From positions 62,001 through 126,000 of the forward strand of contig NIVC01002322.1 of the NCBI GenBank assembly GCA_002269645.1: a stretch of DNA of 64,000 nucleotides, in the 5' to 3' direction. Below, piece by piece: positions 10,440 to 22,241 of this stretch. The position numbers were made by a program, and so were the translations under genes. How positions within the stretch are numbered: position 1 is the stretch's first letter; every line of letters starts with the position of its first letter. The notes beneath the pieces are model-generated. The model saw nothing but the letters and a program-made list of their open reading frames with translations, did no database searches and was not told where the DNA came from. This stretch comes from Macrostomum lignano (Eukaryota).

Positions 10440-12720
10440 CAAAACGGGCAGCAAGCCGCATCCCGCCCAATTCTGCATCGTCACAGCAGCGATGCGGCGG
10501 GGTCAAAGAACCAGATTTATTTTATACCCATAATGCTTTTATCTCTCACCCGCCGTCCTCATCCCATTGTTTGCATTCCCGATCGCCCCTGCTCGTCGTC
10601 TCGACCCGCCTCCACGCATCGGGTGCTGTCGGCCAACATGAACCTGGCTTATTGGAATCTTCTGCTCCACAACGAACCAGACGAGAGATTCCTCCGAAAA
10701 ATTCCTCCGAAGCCTTCATAACGCCTTTTGCCTCATCAACAAGCCTCCGTCTGCCTTCAGGCACTCTGCCAACTGACTATGGCGACCAGGTTGACAAGCA
10801 ATTAACTCTCCGAAGAGCTCCGCCTTGACCGCTTAAAACCCGTTAGCGGACGCGTCATGGTGAATGCTATCGGCGCAATTCCTAAGTCTGACGGCAGCGT
10901 TCGGATCATTCACAATCTCTCTCCAGTCCTTCCGGCTGTTCGGTCAACGAAGTTATGAGCAGAAGCGGAGTCTGAGATTCTCCTCCGTGCAGGATCTGGT
11001 GCGTCCCATCTGGCCTGGCTCGCTTATCGACAAGGTTGATCTGAAGCAGGCCTATCGCTCTGTCGGCATCCACCCGGATGATCAGGTGCTGATGGGGCCT
11101 CAGCTGGCGACTGCAGTCGGCATGATCAACAAGCTGTCCTGCAGGCACCCATCTGTTCCTCCTATTGCCTCGAGTCTGGCATGGGATCCAGCTACAGGAG
11201 AGTTTCACCTTCTCGGTCACATGCAGCTCACTAGCGACTCTGCATCTCGGATGCTGTACTCAAAACATGAGCTCGTGAACTTTTGCTTTCGCCACTATGG
11301 CTCTCTGAGTGTCTATTTTACTGAGTTTATCTCGCACACTATCTCTGCCGCGTACCACGTATTGTACAAAATCACCCTCCTTTTACAGCCTTTTACAGGC
11401 CTTTTACAGGTCGTAGCCGCGCCCCACTGCCCCGCCGTGTCCGTGCCCACCCTGTGCCGCCTTTCGCACCCAGCACCCGGAAATCGTATGCTGCAGCCAC
11501 CTGCGACTCTGGAGTGAGTTCTGTAGACAGCAGCGGGTTTTCCCCACGGTCGCATCGAAGTCGGACATCTGCAACTTCACCGCCTTCTTATTGGAGCGAG
11601 GCGGCGCCTCCTACTCATCAAAGCTTGCAAACCAGCCTCAGCGCAGTGTCCTTCATTCACAGGGCGACGGCAGCACCGGATCCCACCAATGACAACGCCC
11701 GACAACGCCCGACTAGCTCTCGTCTGGCCGTTGGAGCCCGACGCCTACTAAGCAGGCAGCGGCCAAAAGGGCAGAGCCGCTGCAGCCGCATCATCTCTGC
11801 CTGCTCTGCAACAGCCCTCTGCTTCAGCAATTGCTGCCTGGCATCGATCCTCTCGTGGCTTTCAAGGCTGCGCTGCTGGTCGCCTGGTGCATGGGGCGTC
11901 CTTCGTCTGGGCGAGCTGCCTCCATCTACCGCTGGCGCTGTTTTGCGCTACAGTGCGCTGTCTGTCTGCACCGGCGGCCTTCGTCTGACCATCGGCAAGT
12001 CGAAGACCAACCAGTTCAAGGAGCATCAGCTGCTGGTCTTCCTTCCGCAATGCCCCGACTGCCCACCGACCTGCCCAGTTTCTGCCCTCGCCACTCATCT
12101 GCGTGTGGGAACTAGGCTGTCGAGCCGCAACAGCCACTCTTCTCTGCCCTGCATGGGTGCCCACACAGTCCCGTTTGCTGCCTAATTGACCTTAATAATC
12201 TGTCTGCTTTAGCGGGGCCTGTCGATATGAGGCATTCTGAGGGCAACTTCTCAGGCGGCAGTCTGCGCAGGGGCGGAGCCAGCGCTGCTTTGCGGGTTTG
12301 GTCTCTTCGTGTGCCCGACATCCGTTGCCTAATGCAGGTGACTGGCGCTCCAACTCCGTTTTCTGCTATTTCTCGGACGATGCAGCTTTTGCACGCGGGC
12401 GTTCGATCCAGCGAAATATGCTGTTTCCATTAGCTAACCCTAATTCTTTCCCCGCTTTTTCTTCTTTTCGGGGTTGGAGTCGCGGGGTTTCGTTGCTTCA
12501 TGCTCGCTGCCAATCCCGCCGTTTTTGCTTTCCTATTGCTGCTGGTTGGGTTGCGGATTAATTAGCTCGACTTTCACTGTTCCCTTTCCTATCCGAAAAA
12601 TCCCATCCTATTATTTAGCTTGCGTTATCCGTCATGCTAATAGCTCACTCAGTCCTTATTTATTTAATGAACAACAGTTAAACCCCATTCAGCTTACAAG
12701 ATAAGATAGCCCTGGGAGTA
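10440..12720 (+). mobile_element. Decayed tyrosine-recombinase retrotransposon (Ngaro/DIRS-like), internally deleted and frameshifted
   Basis: RT fragments: VNAIGAIPKSDGSVRIIHNLS and IDKVDLKQAYRSVGIHPDD. YR fragments across several frames: APSTRKSYAAA, FKAALLVAW, GVLRLGEL, LTIGKSKTNQFKEH, GSLRRGGAS and GDWRSNSVFCY. No YLDD motif was found. Boundaries are approximate. Confidence 0.8.
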
Positions 12721-13744
12721 CGTACGAAGTATACGAGCGTATTGAGTGAGACGCGACGTTTAAAAAACATAATTAGCGCATGCACGCACATTTTTAATCT
12801 ATTTAGCGTACATTAAGTGAAGTGAGGGTGTTTTAGACAGGAAAGGAAACACATTTAGGTTAGGTCTATTTGTATTGGGTATGGTCTGTAGTATGCAACG
12901 TGAAGTGTACTCTGGCTAGCTAAATAGAATTGAAATCGTTAGCTAGTTGGCACAACTTTTCCTATGTTTTCTGTTGACACAACAAACTGCCCAGTTTTCT
13001 GTTGGCTTTTTTATGCTCTTGTCTAATGAAGATCGTATAAAGTAAACCCTTTTATTCTTGAAATTTAAATCTTGAGTCATCATTTCCTTTGTGAGAAAAA
13101 CTAAATCATTAGGCCTATTCTAGTAGATAACCATTTATGTTATAATTTTAGCTCTGCACTACGATCTAGATATTTTTACTCTACTTTTGAAACTTGCCTT
13201 TGCCTGAGTAAAAATACCATAGCCTAATAAAACTTACAAATCTTTTCATACTTTGATGTTTTAATACTTTTGTAGGCCTACTTAAACCAGTTTCTATGCA
13301 TGATATCATTGTTTTTCTATTAGGCCTATCTATATACAATTTAATCTAATAATATAAGAGAATAATCAAAATAGATAGAAAAACCTTTATAGCAAGAATC
13401 AAGATCTGCAGAAAGTTAGCCTTTAGGCCTAAACTGCATGTTATAACTTTTATATGTTTTTAGTCTTGTTGACTTTTTGCTTTTTTTCTATAGCCTTACT
13501 ATGGGCAACAAATTGAACCTTCTAAAAAGAGTAAAAAATGAAAGTTTCATCAAAATTTTAAGCCAATATAAGACAAAAGGTTGGTGGGTTGACAAGAATT
13601 GAAAAAAGTTTATATTTAAGCTTTGAATTTTATAATGACTTTAAACTATAATTTAGGCCCTACCCTTGGCTTAGGCCTTGTTTATTTTGAAAAATGCAAA
13701 AGCCCTTAATTTTTTGACTATACCTATAAGTATAACTATAAATA

Positions 13745-16700
13745 TCCTATATACTAAAAATGAGTTGTCTGTATGTGGGTAGGTATGCGATAGATTTCAA
13801 AAAAAATGGCTCAACCGATTTTCTTCAAACCTGCACCATTTGATCAGAAATTTTCCTGGGACGGTACATGCATCTTGGCTAAGAAATTGCTCAATGTTAA
13901 AGGGATTAAATATTCGAAAAACCTGCTTTTTTGCAAAGGTCAAGCAGCTCTTTCGACCTAAAATTCATTGTAAGAATGCTAGAGAAAAAACTGACTGGCT
14001 GAATTCCGATTGTGATAAAGATTGCATCACAACAAGTTGAAAACAGTGCCGAAGAAATGCACACACGACTTGATTTAAATTGCGTAACCAATATTGCTAA
14101 CTCAAATTGAGACTGATACTGGCTGACTGAGAAATTGATTATGTCATAACTTTTTACTTCAATTGACTTGCTGTAAGAATTGAATTATAAGGGCCACAAT
14201 TCATGTTCTCCAATTGGAAAGATATAGCCAAGATGCGAACAGACTGGAATGCTAATGTAGCGACCTGGGTTCAAATCTTAGTAGTGCAAAAAGATTTTTT
14301 TTATCAAAACACCTTAAAAACACAACAAAACTGCTAAACATAATAGAAGCGCAATGTCAAACAACGAAGAGCCACCATGTCGAACATTATAGAGCCAACA
14401 TTTCGAATATAAAAGAGTTACCATGTCAAACATAAAATAAGCACTATGTCAAACATATACGTGACTCCATGTCAACGATTAAAAAGCCACCATTTCAAAC
14501 ATAGAAGAGCCACTATGTCAAACCTAAACAAGCCACCACGTCTAACATTTAAGAGCCACCATGTCAAACATTTAAGAGCCACCATGTCAAACATTAAAGA
14601 GCCCCCATGTCAAACATTTAAGAGCCACCATGTCAAACATTTAAGAGCCACCATGTCAAACATATATGTGACTTTATGTCAAACTTTAAAGAGCCACCAT
14701 TTCGAACATCAAATAGCCACTTTGTCGAAAATTAAAGAGCCACCGTGTCAAACATAGAAGAGCCACCATGTTAAACATAGAAGAGCCACCATGTCAGACA
14801 TTAAAAAGCCACCGTATCAAACATAAAAGAGTTACCATGTAGAACAAAAAACAGCCACCATGTCGAACATAAAAGAGCCACCATGTAGAATATTAAAGAG
14901 CCACCATGTAGAATATTAAAGAGCCACCATGAAGAACATTAAAGAGCCACCATGAAGAACATTAAAGAGCCACCATGTCAAACATAAAAGAGCCACCATG
15001 TCAGACATTAAAAAGCCACCGTATCAAACATAAAAGAGTTACCATGTAGAACATTAAAGAGCCACCATTTCAAACAGTAAAGAGCCACCATGTCAAACAT
15101 AAAAGAGCCACCATGTCAAACATTAAAAAGCCACCATGTCAAACATAAAAGAGCCACCATGTAGAATATTAAAGAGCCACCATGAAGAACATTAAAGAGC
15201 CACCATGTCAAACATTTAAGAGCCACCATGTCAAACATTTAAGAGCCACCATCTCAAACATATATGTGACTTTATGTCAAACTTTAAAGAGCCACCATTT
15301 CGAACATTAAATAGCCACTTTGTCAAACACTAGAGAGCCGCCGTGTCAAACATAAAAGAGCCACCAGGTTAAACATTAAAGAGCCACCATGTCAGACATT
15401 AAAAAGCCACCGTATCAAACATAAAAGAGTTACCGTGTAGAACATTAAAGAGCCACTATTTCACACAGTAAAGAGCCACCATGTCAAACATAAAAGAGCC
15501 ACCATGTCAAACATTAAAAAGCTACCATGTCGAACATAAAAGAGCCACCATGTCAAACATTAAAAAGCTACCATGTCGAACATTAAAGAGCTACCATGTC
15601 AAACATTAAAGAGCCACCATGTCAAACATTAAAGAGCCACCATGGCGAACATTAAAGAGCCACCATGGCGAACATTAAAGAGCCACCATGTCAAACATAA
15701 AAGAGCCACCATGTCAAACATTAAAAGTCACCATGCTAAACATTAAAGAGCCACCATATCAAGCATAAAAGAGGCACCATGTCAAACCTAAAAGAGCCAT
15801 CATGTCAAACATAAAAGAGCCAACATGTCAAACATTAAAAAGCTACCATGTCGAACATTAAAGAGCTACCATGTCAAACATTAAAGAGCTATCATGTCGA
15901 ACACAAAATAGCCACCATGTCAAACATTGAAGAGACACTATGTCAAACGTATACGTGACTCCATGTCAAACATAAAAGTGCCACCATGTCAAACTTTAAA
16001 GAGCCACCATGGCGAACATTAAAAAGCCACCATGTCAAACATAAAAGTGCCACCATGTCAAACATTAAAGAGCCACCATGTCGAACATTAAAGAGCCACC
16101 ATGTCAAACACTAAAGAGCCACCATGGCGAACATTAAAGAGCCACCATGGCGAACATTAAAGAGCCACCATGTCAAACATAAAAGAGCCACCATGTCAAA
16201 CATTAAAAGTCACCATGCTAAACATTAAAGAGCCACCATATCAAGCATAAAAGAGCCACCATGTCAAACCTAAAAGAGCCATCATGTCAAACATAAAAGA
16301 GCCAACATGTCAAACATAAAACAGCCAACATGTCAAACATAAAGAGCCACCATGTCAAACATTTAAGAGCCACCATGTCAAACATATATGTGACTTTGTG
16401 TCAAACATTAAAGAGCCACCTTTTCGAACATTAAAGAGCCACCATGTCAAACATGAAAGAGCTATAACATGAAGAATATTAAAGAGCCACCATGTCGAAC
16501 ATTTAAGAGCCACCATGTTAAACCTAAAAGAGCCACCATGTTAAACCTAAAAGAGCCACCATGTTAAACCTAAAAGAGCCACCATGTTAAACCTAAAAGA
16601 GCCATCATGTTAAACCTAACAGAGCCATCATGTCAAACCTAAAAGAGCCACCATGTCGAACATTTAAGAGCCACAATGTAAAATATTAAAGAGCCACCAT

Positions 16701-17857
16701 TTCGAACATATAAGTGACTTTATGTCAAACATTAAAGAGCCACCATGTCAAACATTAAAGAGCCACCATGTTAAACATAAAAGAGCCACCATGTAGAATA
16801 TTAAAGAGCCACTATGTTGAACATTAAACAGCCATCATGTCAAACCTAAAAGATCCACCATTTCGAACACTTAAGAGCCACAATGTAGAATATTAAAGAG
16901 CTACCATGTCAAACATTTAAGAGCCACCATGTAAAACATTAAAGAGCCACCATTTGAAACATTAAAGAGTCACCATGTCAAACATTAAGGAGCCACCATG
17001 TCAAACATTTAAGAGCCACCATGTCAAACCTAAAAGAGCCACCATGTCAAACATAAAAGAGCCACCATGTCAAACATAAAAGAGCCACCATGTCAAACAT
17101 AAAAGAGCCACCATGAAAAACATTAAAGAGCCACTTTCTCGAACATTAAAGAGCCACCATGTCAAACATTTAAGAGCCACCATGTCAATTATATATGTGT
17201 CTTTATGTCAAACATTAAAGAGCCACCATTTCGAACATTAAGGAGCCACCATGTCAAACATTTAAAAGCCTCCTTTTGAAACATTAAATAGCCACTTTGT
17301 CGAACATTAAAGAGCCACTGTGTCAAACATAAAAGAGCCACTGTTTCAAACATAAAAGAGCCACCAGGTTAAACATTAAAGAGCCACCATGTCAAACATA
17401 AAAGAGCCACCATGTTAAACATAAAAGAGCCACCATGTCTGACATTAAAAAGCCATCGTTTCAAACATAAAACAGTTGCCATGTAGAACATAAAACAGCC
17501 ACCATGTCAAACATAAAATTTACACAATTTCAAACATAAAAGTAAGCGAATTTTAAAGGAGCCACTATAATGCTAAGGAAATTGTCGCACTAGCTACTTA
17601 TTGTCTGGTGGATGCTTGCTATTTGGGGATGCTATCTATGTAGGGGATGCTTGCTATCTGGGGGATGCTTGCTATCTGGGGGATGCTTGCTATCTGGGGG
17701 ATGCTTGCTTTCTTGGGATGATTTCTTTTTGCATTGCACTTCCTTTGAGTATTTTGTCTGTTTTCTTTGTGAAGGCCTTTTTTGGCTATCTTTTTGTTAC
17801 TTGTAGAGAACAGAGGTTCTATACAGATGTCCCCCAAAGGGGGGCGAAGATTGCTAG
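13745..17857 (+). mobile_element. Non-autonomous Helitron with an internal 20-bp satellite and 18-bp repeats
   Basis: Begins A|TCCTATATACTAAAAATGAG and ends with the hairpin gtcccccaaaggggggc + gaagattg + CTAG|T. Both termini recur in copies at 34561-40691. No Rep/helicase ORF. Confidence 0.82.
14350..17525 (+). repeat. ~20-bp satellite (gagccaccatgtcaaacattaaa) inside the Helitron
   Basis: Roughly 150 degenerate copies, with recurring variant units (atatatgtgactttatgtc). Confidence 0.93.
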
Positions 17858-18295
17858 TAACTATACTATATCACAATTTTTAACAAGCATTATCTATAAA
17901 AAATATAACAATTTAATTATCATGTCAATGAAAACTAGATATACTTAGTATATTTATTTATAAAAGGTTTCTTCTCTAGTAGTTTTTGCAAAGAACCCTA
18001 CCTATTTTGCAAATCTGCCTATGCCTAATGCCTCTATAACTATATTGTACTGGCAAGTCATGGCACCTTTACTGAAGTCTCTTATTATAGCCTGTTTAAG
18101 GATAGAATGAGAGATTAGAGAAGTTGAAAAGAGAAATAAGAGAAGAGGGTAGGGAATTAAGCTAAGCAAAGACAAGCCTTGAGCATTCCAGATTGCTATT
18201 ATTGAGTTTCAAAGGACATTGTTGCCAGCACTGACATACTGAAGCAAGTATTTGTTATACAAATATACAAACCAATGCATGTCAGGCCCAACACA

Positions 18296-18778
18296 ATGGC
18301 AGATGCTAATGCACCCTATCAGCTGGTTAACCTTACTATGGAGCTGGCCCAAGCGCTAAAACCAGGCGACATCATTGAGAACTCCTATTACATGTTCTGG
18401 CATCCCTACATAGTTGAGAGCATTTTATCCAGCCTGGAGTCTGACTCATCAGAGGACAGCCCCCCGGTGACAGTTCGAGTTATTCATTATGGACGTCGAG
18501 ACCTATTCGAACCAATCTCTGTGCTACAAGAGAACATAACTCTGGATTCTACCAATACAGCCAATGGTCACTTTCGATTGTACAGATTTAACTTGGCAGA
18601 TTGCAGACCGGATGAGGAGACAGTGAAGCTGGCTAGGGATCGGATTGGAGAAACTGACCATCGGATGCTGAGTAACAATGCCACATATTTTGCACTGTCC
18701 TGCAGACTCACAGATGAAGCATTTGACCGATGCAAGCGAAATATTGGCAGGTTTCGGGTGGTCAATCCGATTGGGTGA
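18296..18778 (+). CDS. LRAT/HRASLS-like (permuted NlpC/P60) protein, single exon, 160 aa, catalytic Cys replaced
   Basis: LKPGDIIE...FWHPYIV...VRVIHYG...TVKLARDRIGETDHRMLSNNATYFALSCRL matches the LRAT pattern (PGDxIE, H...H, LAxxxxGExxYxLxxNNCEHF). NCEHF is NATYF here. The likely start is the ATG at 18296, just downstream of a splice-acceptor-like cag. Confidence 0.72.
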   Translation: MADANAPYQLVNLTMELAQALKPGDIIENSYYMFWHPYIVESILSSLESDSSEDSPPVTVRVIHYGRRDLFEPISVLQENITLDSTNTANGHFRLYRFNLADCRPDEETVKLARDRIGETDHRMLSNNATYFALSCRLTDEAFDRCKRNIGRFRVVNPIG

Positions 18779-18924
18779 TCTGTTAATTAAACTCTCTGAT
18801 TGATTCGATTTGAATTCATACTCGCATAGTAGTGCTAAATATGTTACAGTGCTAATTATAAGGATATCGCCTTAAAACCTTGTAATTTTGTGTAATTCCC
18901 TAATTATATCCACAGATATTAGAA

Positions 18925-19215
18925 TAACTAGATGGGCCACTTAGCACATTTGCGTGTAATCTACTTTCAGTTCAGTAGTAAGTTAAACAGAAGCATTTTA
19001 ATGTATTTTAAAGTTATTGGCTCTTACCCCCCCCAGCTTAAACTCTCCAACCGCGCCTTTCCACACTACCCCCCGCCCCGCCCCAATTTTTATTGCCTTT
19101 CTTGGAATTCCAAAAGCTGCCATGTACATTTCAGTGGACTGGCTAATGTACATTATTGCTGAACCAATTAGCAAGCTGTTTGCGCCTGCAAGATTGGGCT
19201 TCTAAGCTTATCAAA
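18925..19215. repeat. Dispersed ~290-bp repeat (also at ~24335-24622 and ~50884-51180)
   Basis: gatgggccact(t/c)agcacatttgcgtgtaa...ttgggcttctaagcttatcaaa recurs with high identity 32 kb away. Confidence 0.8.
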
Positions 19216-20369
19216 TTCATTTCAGTTGCCTTTATTTTATAAAATAGCTTATGCATTCTTCTTTGCTACTGAACTGAAAGTAGAAAGCTGTTTTACTAAG
19301 TATTGCAATATATATGCCTCAGTGGCCCATCTAGTTATTTTAGTATCTGTGATTGTATCTAATTGCCATATTTTTATTACACCTGCTATAGTGGGCAGAT
19401 GTGCAATTGACAGCTCAGCCGCAGCTATTGCACAGTAGGGAATACAATCCCGGGATTTTGATTAGGCCTAAATCCCAGGATCACATTAGTCCCGGGATCC
19501 TGATCCCGGTTTGCAATAATTGTTCCGTTGGGTCGAGAATCGAATCCCCGACCTTTTAGTCGTGAGTCCAACGCATTATATGTAATTCTCTAATTGTCCC
19601 TAATTGCCATGTATAATTCCCTGATTTTTAATTTTCACATCTGCGTGATTTCAGATGTGTTGCCTCTTAATTATTTATTTTAATTTTTAGTTTATAGGAA
19701 GTTCACTTGTATAACTTCGGCTTATATTTTGAGTGCTACTTCTAGCTACCTATTCTTAATGCTTTCATGACGCTACTTATCATACTAGTAGTATAGTATT
19801 TGCTTGTATATTTTACCGTAATTTCGGAACCCTTTTACCTGGAATAAATGAATTTTAAATGCCGCAGTCCTCTGCTGCACTGCATGATTGTATTTGTCAA
19901 ATTGCCAAATATCGGGCTACCAAAAGTAGCAATACGGAAAATCTCATTTTTTTAAACCAAAACGTTCAAAAAAGTTCTAAAAACACTAACCTTACTTTAT
20001 TAACCTTATTTAAAAGCACTTACCTTACCAGACGTTGAAGTTCATCTACATGTACAACAAGCCTTTTTGGCTTTGATAAATAATTATACTGAAAAATAAA
20101 ATGCCAAAAATAGCGTACTCTGCAGCTTGCCTTTAAGTCAGTTAGGCCATAAAGCAATTACGCTCGTACAGCTGACAGAAGAGAGGCGGGGCTCAGACAG
20201 CCTGACAGCTTTTTTGATACAGCACTAAATACGGTATTTCAGTGCAGTAAGGAACTCGAGTGCCAATTTTCTGCAGAGCTGCACTGCTGTGACTGACTGC
20301 ATGCAGTTCGCTTGCTGTTACTCAGTGCGGATTGGATCTGTGTGTGAATCATCTCCAATCTCCTCATCT

Positions 20370-20945
20370 CCCTGTATCTCTCCCTCTCCCTGTCTACCCC
20401 TCCCTATGCTATTCCCCTAGACTCTGCGGCGTCTGACGTATCTGACGCCCTGCTCTAACTGTGAACTTGCATGCGGGGCTGTGTATTTTGTTGTTGTCTC
20501 CCCCTCCCTGTCTCCCCTCCCCGTCTCCCACTCCCTGTCTTCCCCTATCTGTCCTCCCCTCGCTGTCTCCCCCTCCCTGTCTCTCTCCTTGTCTCCCCTC
20601 CCCGTCTCCCACTCCTGTCTTCCCCTCCCTGTCTCCCACTCTGTCTTCCCCTCCCTGTCTCCTCCTCCTCCCTGTCTCCCCCTCCCTGTCTCCTCCTCCC
20701 TGTCTTCCCCTCTGTCTTCCCCTCCCTGTCTCCCCCTCCCTGTCTCCTCCTCCCTGTCTCCCCCTCCTTGTCTCCCCTCCCCCGTCTCCCACTCCTGTCT
20801 CCCCTCCCTGTCTTCCCCTCCCTGTCTCCCCCTCCCGTCTCCCCTTCCTCCGTCTCCCCCTCCCGTCTCCCCTTCCTCCGTCTCCCACTCCTGTCTCCCC
20901 CTCCTTGTCTCCCCTCCTTGTCTCCCCTCCCCCCATCTCCCACTC
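20370..20945. repeat. Pyrimidine-rich low-complexity repeat (ctcccctccctgtct)n; duplicate at ~25780-26355
   Basis: C/T-rich degenerate units; the source of the spurious P/S/L and G/R/E ORFs. Confidence 0.88.
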
Positions 20946-21439
20946 CGTATTTCCTCTCCCGCGGTTTCCCTCTACCTGTCTTTCTCTTTTCTTCTCTCTT
21001 TTCGTTCTCTTCATGCCCAGGTCTCACGTCTTCCCTCCCTTATATGCTCCCCTCCTCTCCTCTCTTCTTCCTTCAAATTTTGCGACCCATAATGCTGAAC
21101 AGCAGGCGGATTTTATATCCCCCACATCCCCATAAACAGAGACAGAACACAAAAGTGTATACGGATCATGTGCTATAGCAGTGCTGGCATGCTGCTTATA
21201 ATACGTACAACTAGGGATCGCTTCGGTCATAACTAAGTTCGTATATGCACTGCCGGGCACTCATGCAGCAGTGCTACAGCAGTAATGCAAAATTTTAATA
21301 CTGACCGCGTTAATACCAATACCTGTGCAGACTTACTAATACCATGATGTGTATAAATGTATTTACAATGTCTGCAATAGTCATATACATTATAGATTTC
21401 CCACGTGTGCGTATAACAGTGTTGCGTCAGTAGCCTGAC

Positions 21440-22241
21440 TCTGTTGTCTCTGTCACTCTGTTGTAACTCTCAGGTCTCTGTGTCAGCATGTTTCTGTCAC
21501 TGTCTGCTGTAATTCTCTCAGGTCTCTGTGTCAGCATGTTTCTGTCACTGTCTGCTGTAATTCTCTCAGGTCTCTGTGTCAGTATGTTTCTGTCACTGTC
21601 TGCTGTAATTCTCTCAGGTCTCTGTGTCAGCATGTTTCTGTCACTGTCTGCTGTAATTCTCTCAGGTCTCTGTGTCAGCATGTTTCTGTCACTGTCTGCT
21701 GTAATTCTCTCAGGTCTCTGTGTCAGTATGTTTCTGTCACTGTCTGCTGTAATTCTCTCAGGTCTCTGTGTCAGCATGTTTCTGTCACTGTCTGCTGTAA
21801 TTCTCTCAGGTTTCTGTGTCAGTATGTTTCTGTCACTGTCTGCTGTAATTCTCTCAGGTCTCTGTGTCAGCATGTTTCTGTCACTGTCTGCTGTAATTCT
21901 CTCAGGTCTCTGTGTCAGCATGTTTCTGTCACTGTCTGCTGTAATTCTCTCAGGTCTCTGTGTCAGTATGTTTCTGTCACTGTCTGCTGTAATTCTCTCA
22001 GGTCTCTGTGTCAGCATGTTTCTGTCACTGTCTGCTGTAATTCTCTCAGGTCTCTGTGTCAGCATGTTTCTGTCACTGTCTGCTGTAATTCTCTCAGGTC
22101 TCTGTGTCAGCATGTTTCTGTCACTGTCTGCTGTAATTCTCTCAGGTCTCTGTGTCAGCATGTTTCTGTCACTGTCTGCTGTAATTCTCTCAGGTCTCTG
22201 TGTCAGCATGTTTCTGTCACTGTCTGCTGTAATTCTCTCAG
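21440..22241. repeat. 48-bp minisatellite (tcagcatgtttctgtcactgtctgctgtaattctctcaggtctctgtg)
   Basis: About 16 copies; the 16-aa periodic ORFs confirm the period. Confidence 0.95.

Noticed and set aside
13050-13700. Recurrent TAGGCCTA palindromes in AT-rich DNA
   Set aside because: They are irregularly spaced with no termini or ORF. This is probably an old repeat remnant, and no specific call can be supported.
14350-17525. Possible CRISPR-like array
   Set aside because: The units are contiguous and degenerate with no unique spacers, there are no cas genes, and the context is eukaryotic. The same applies to the other arrays.
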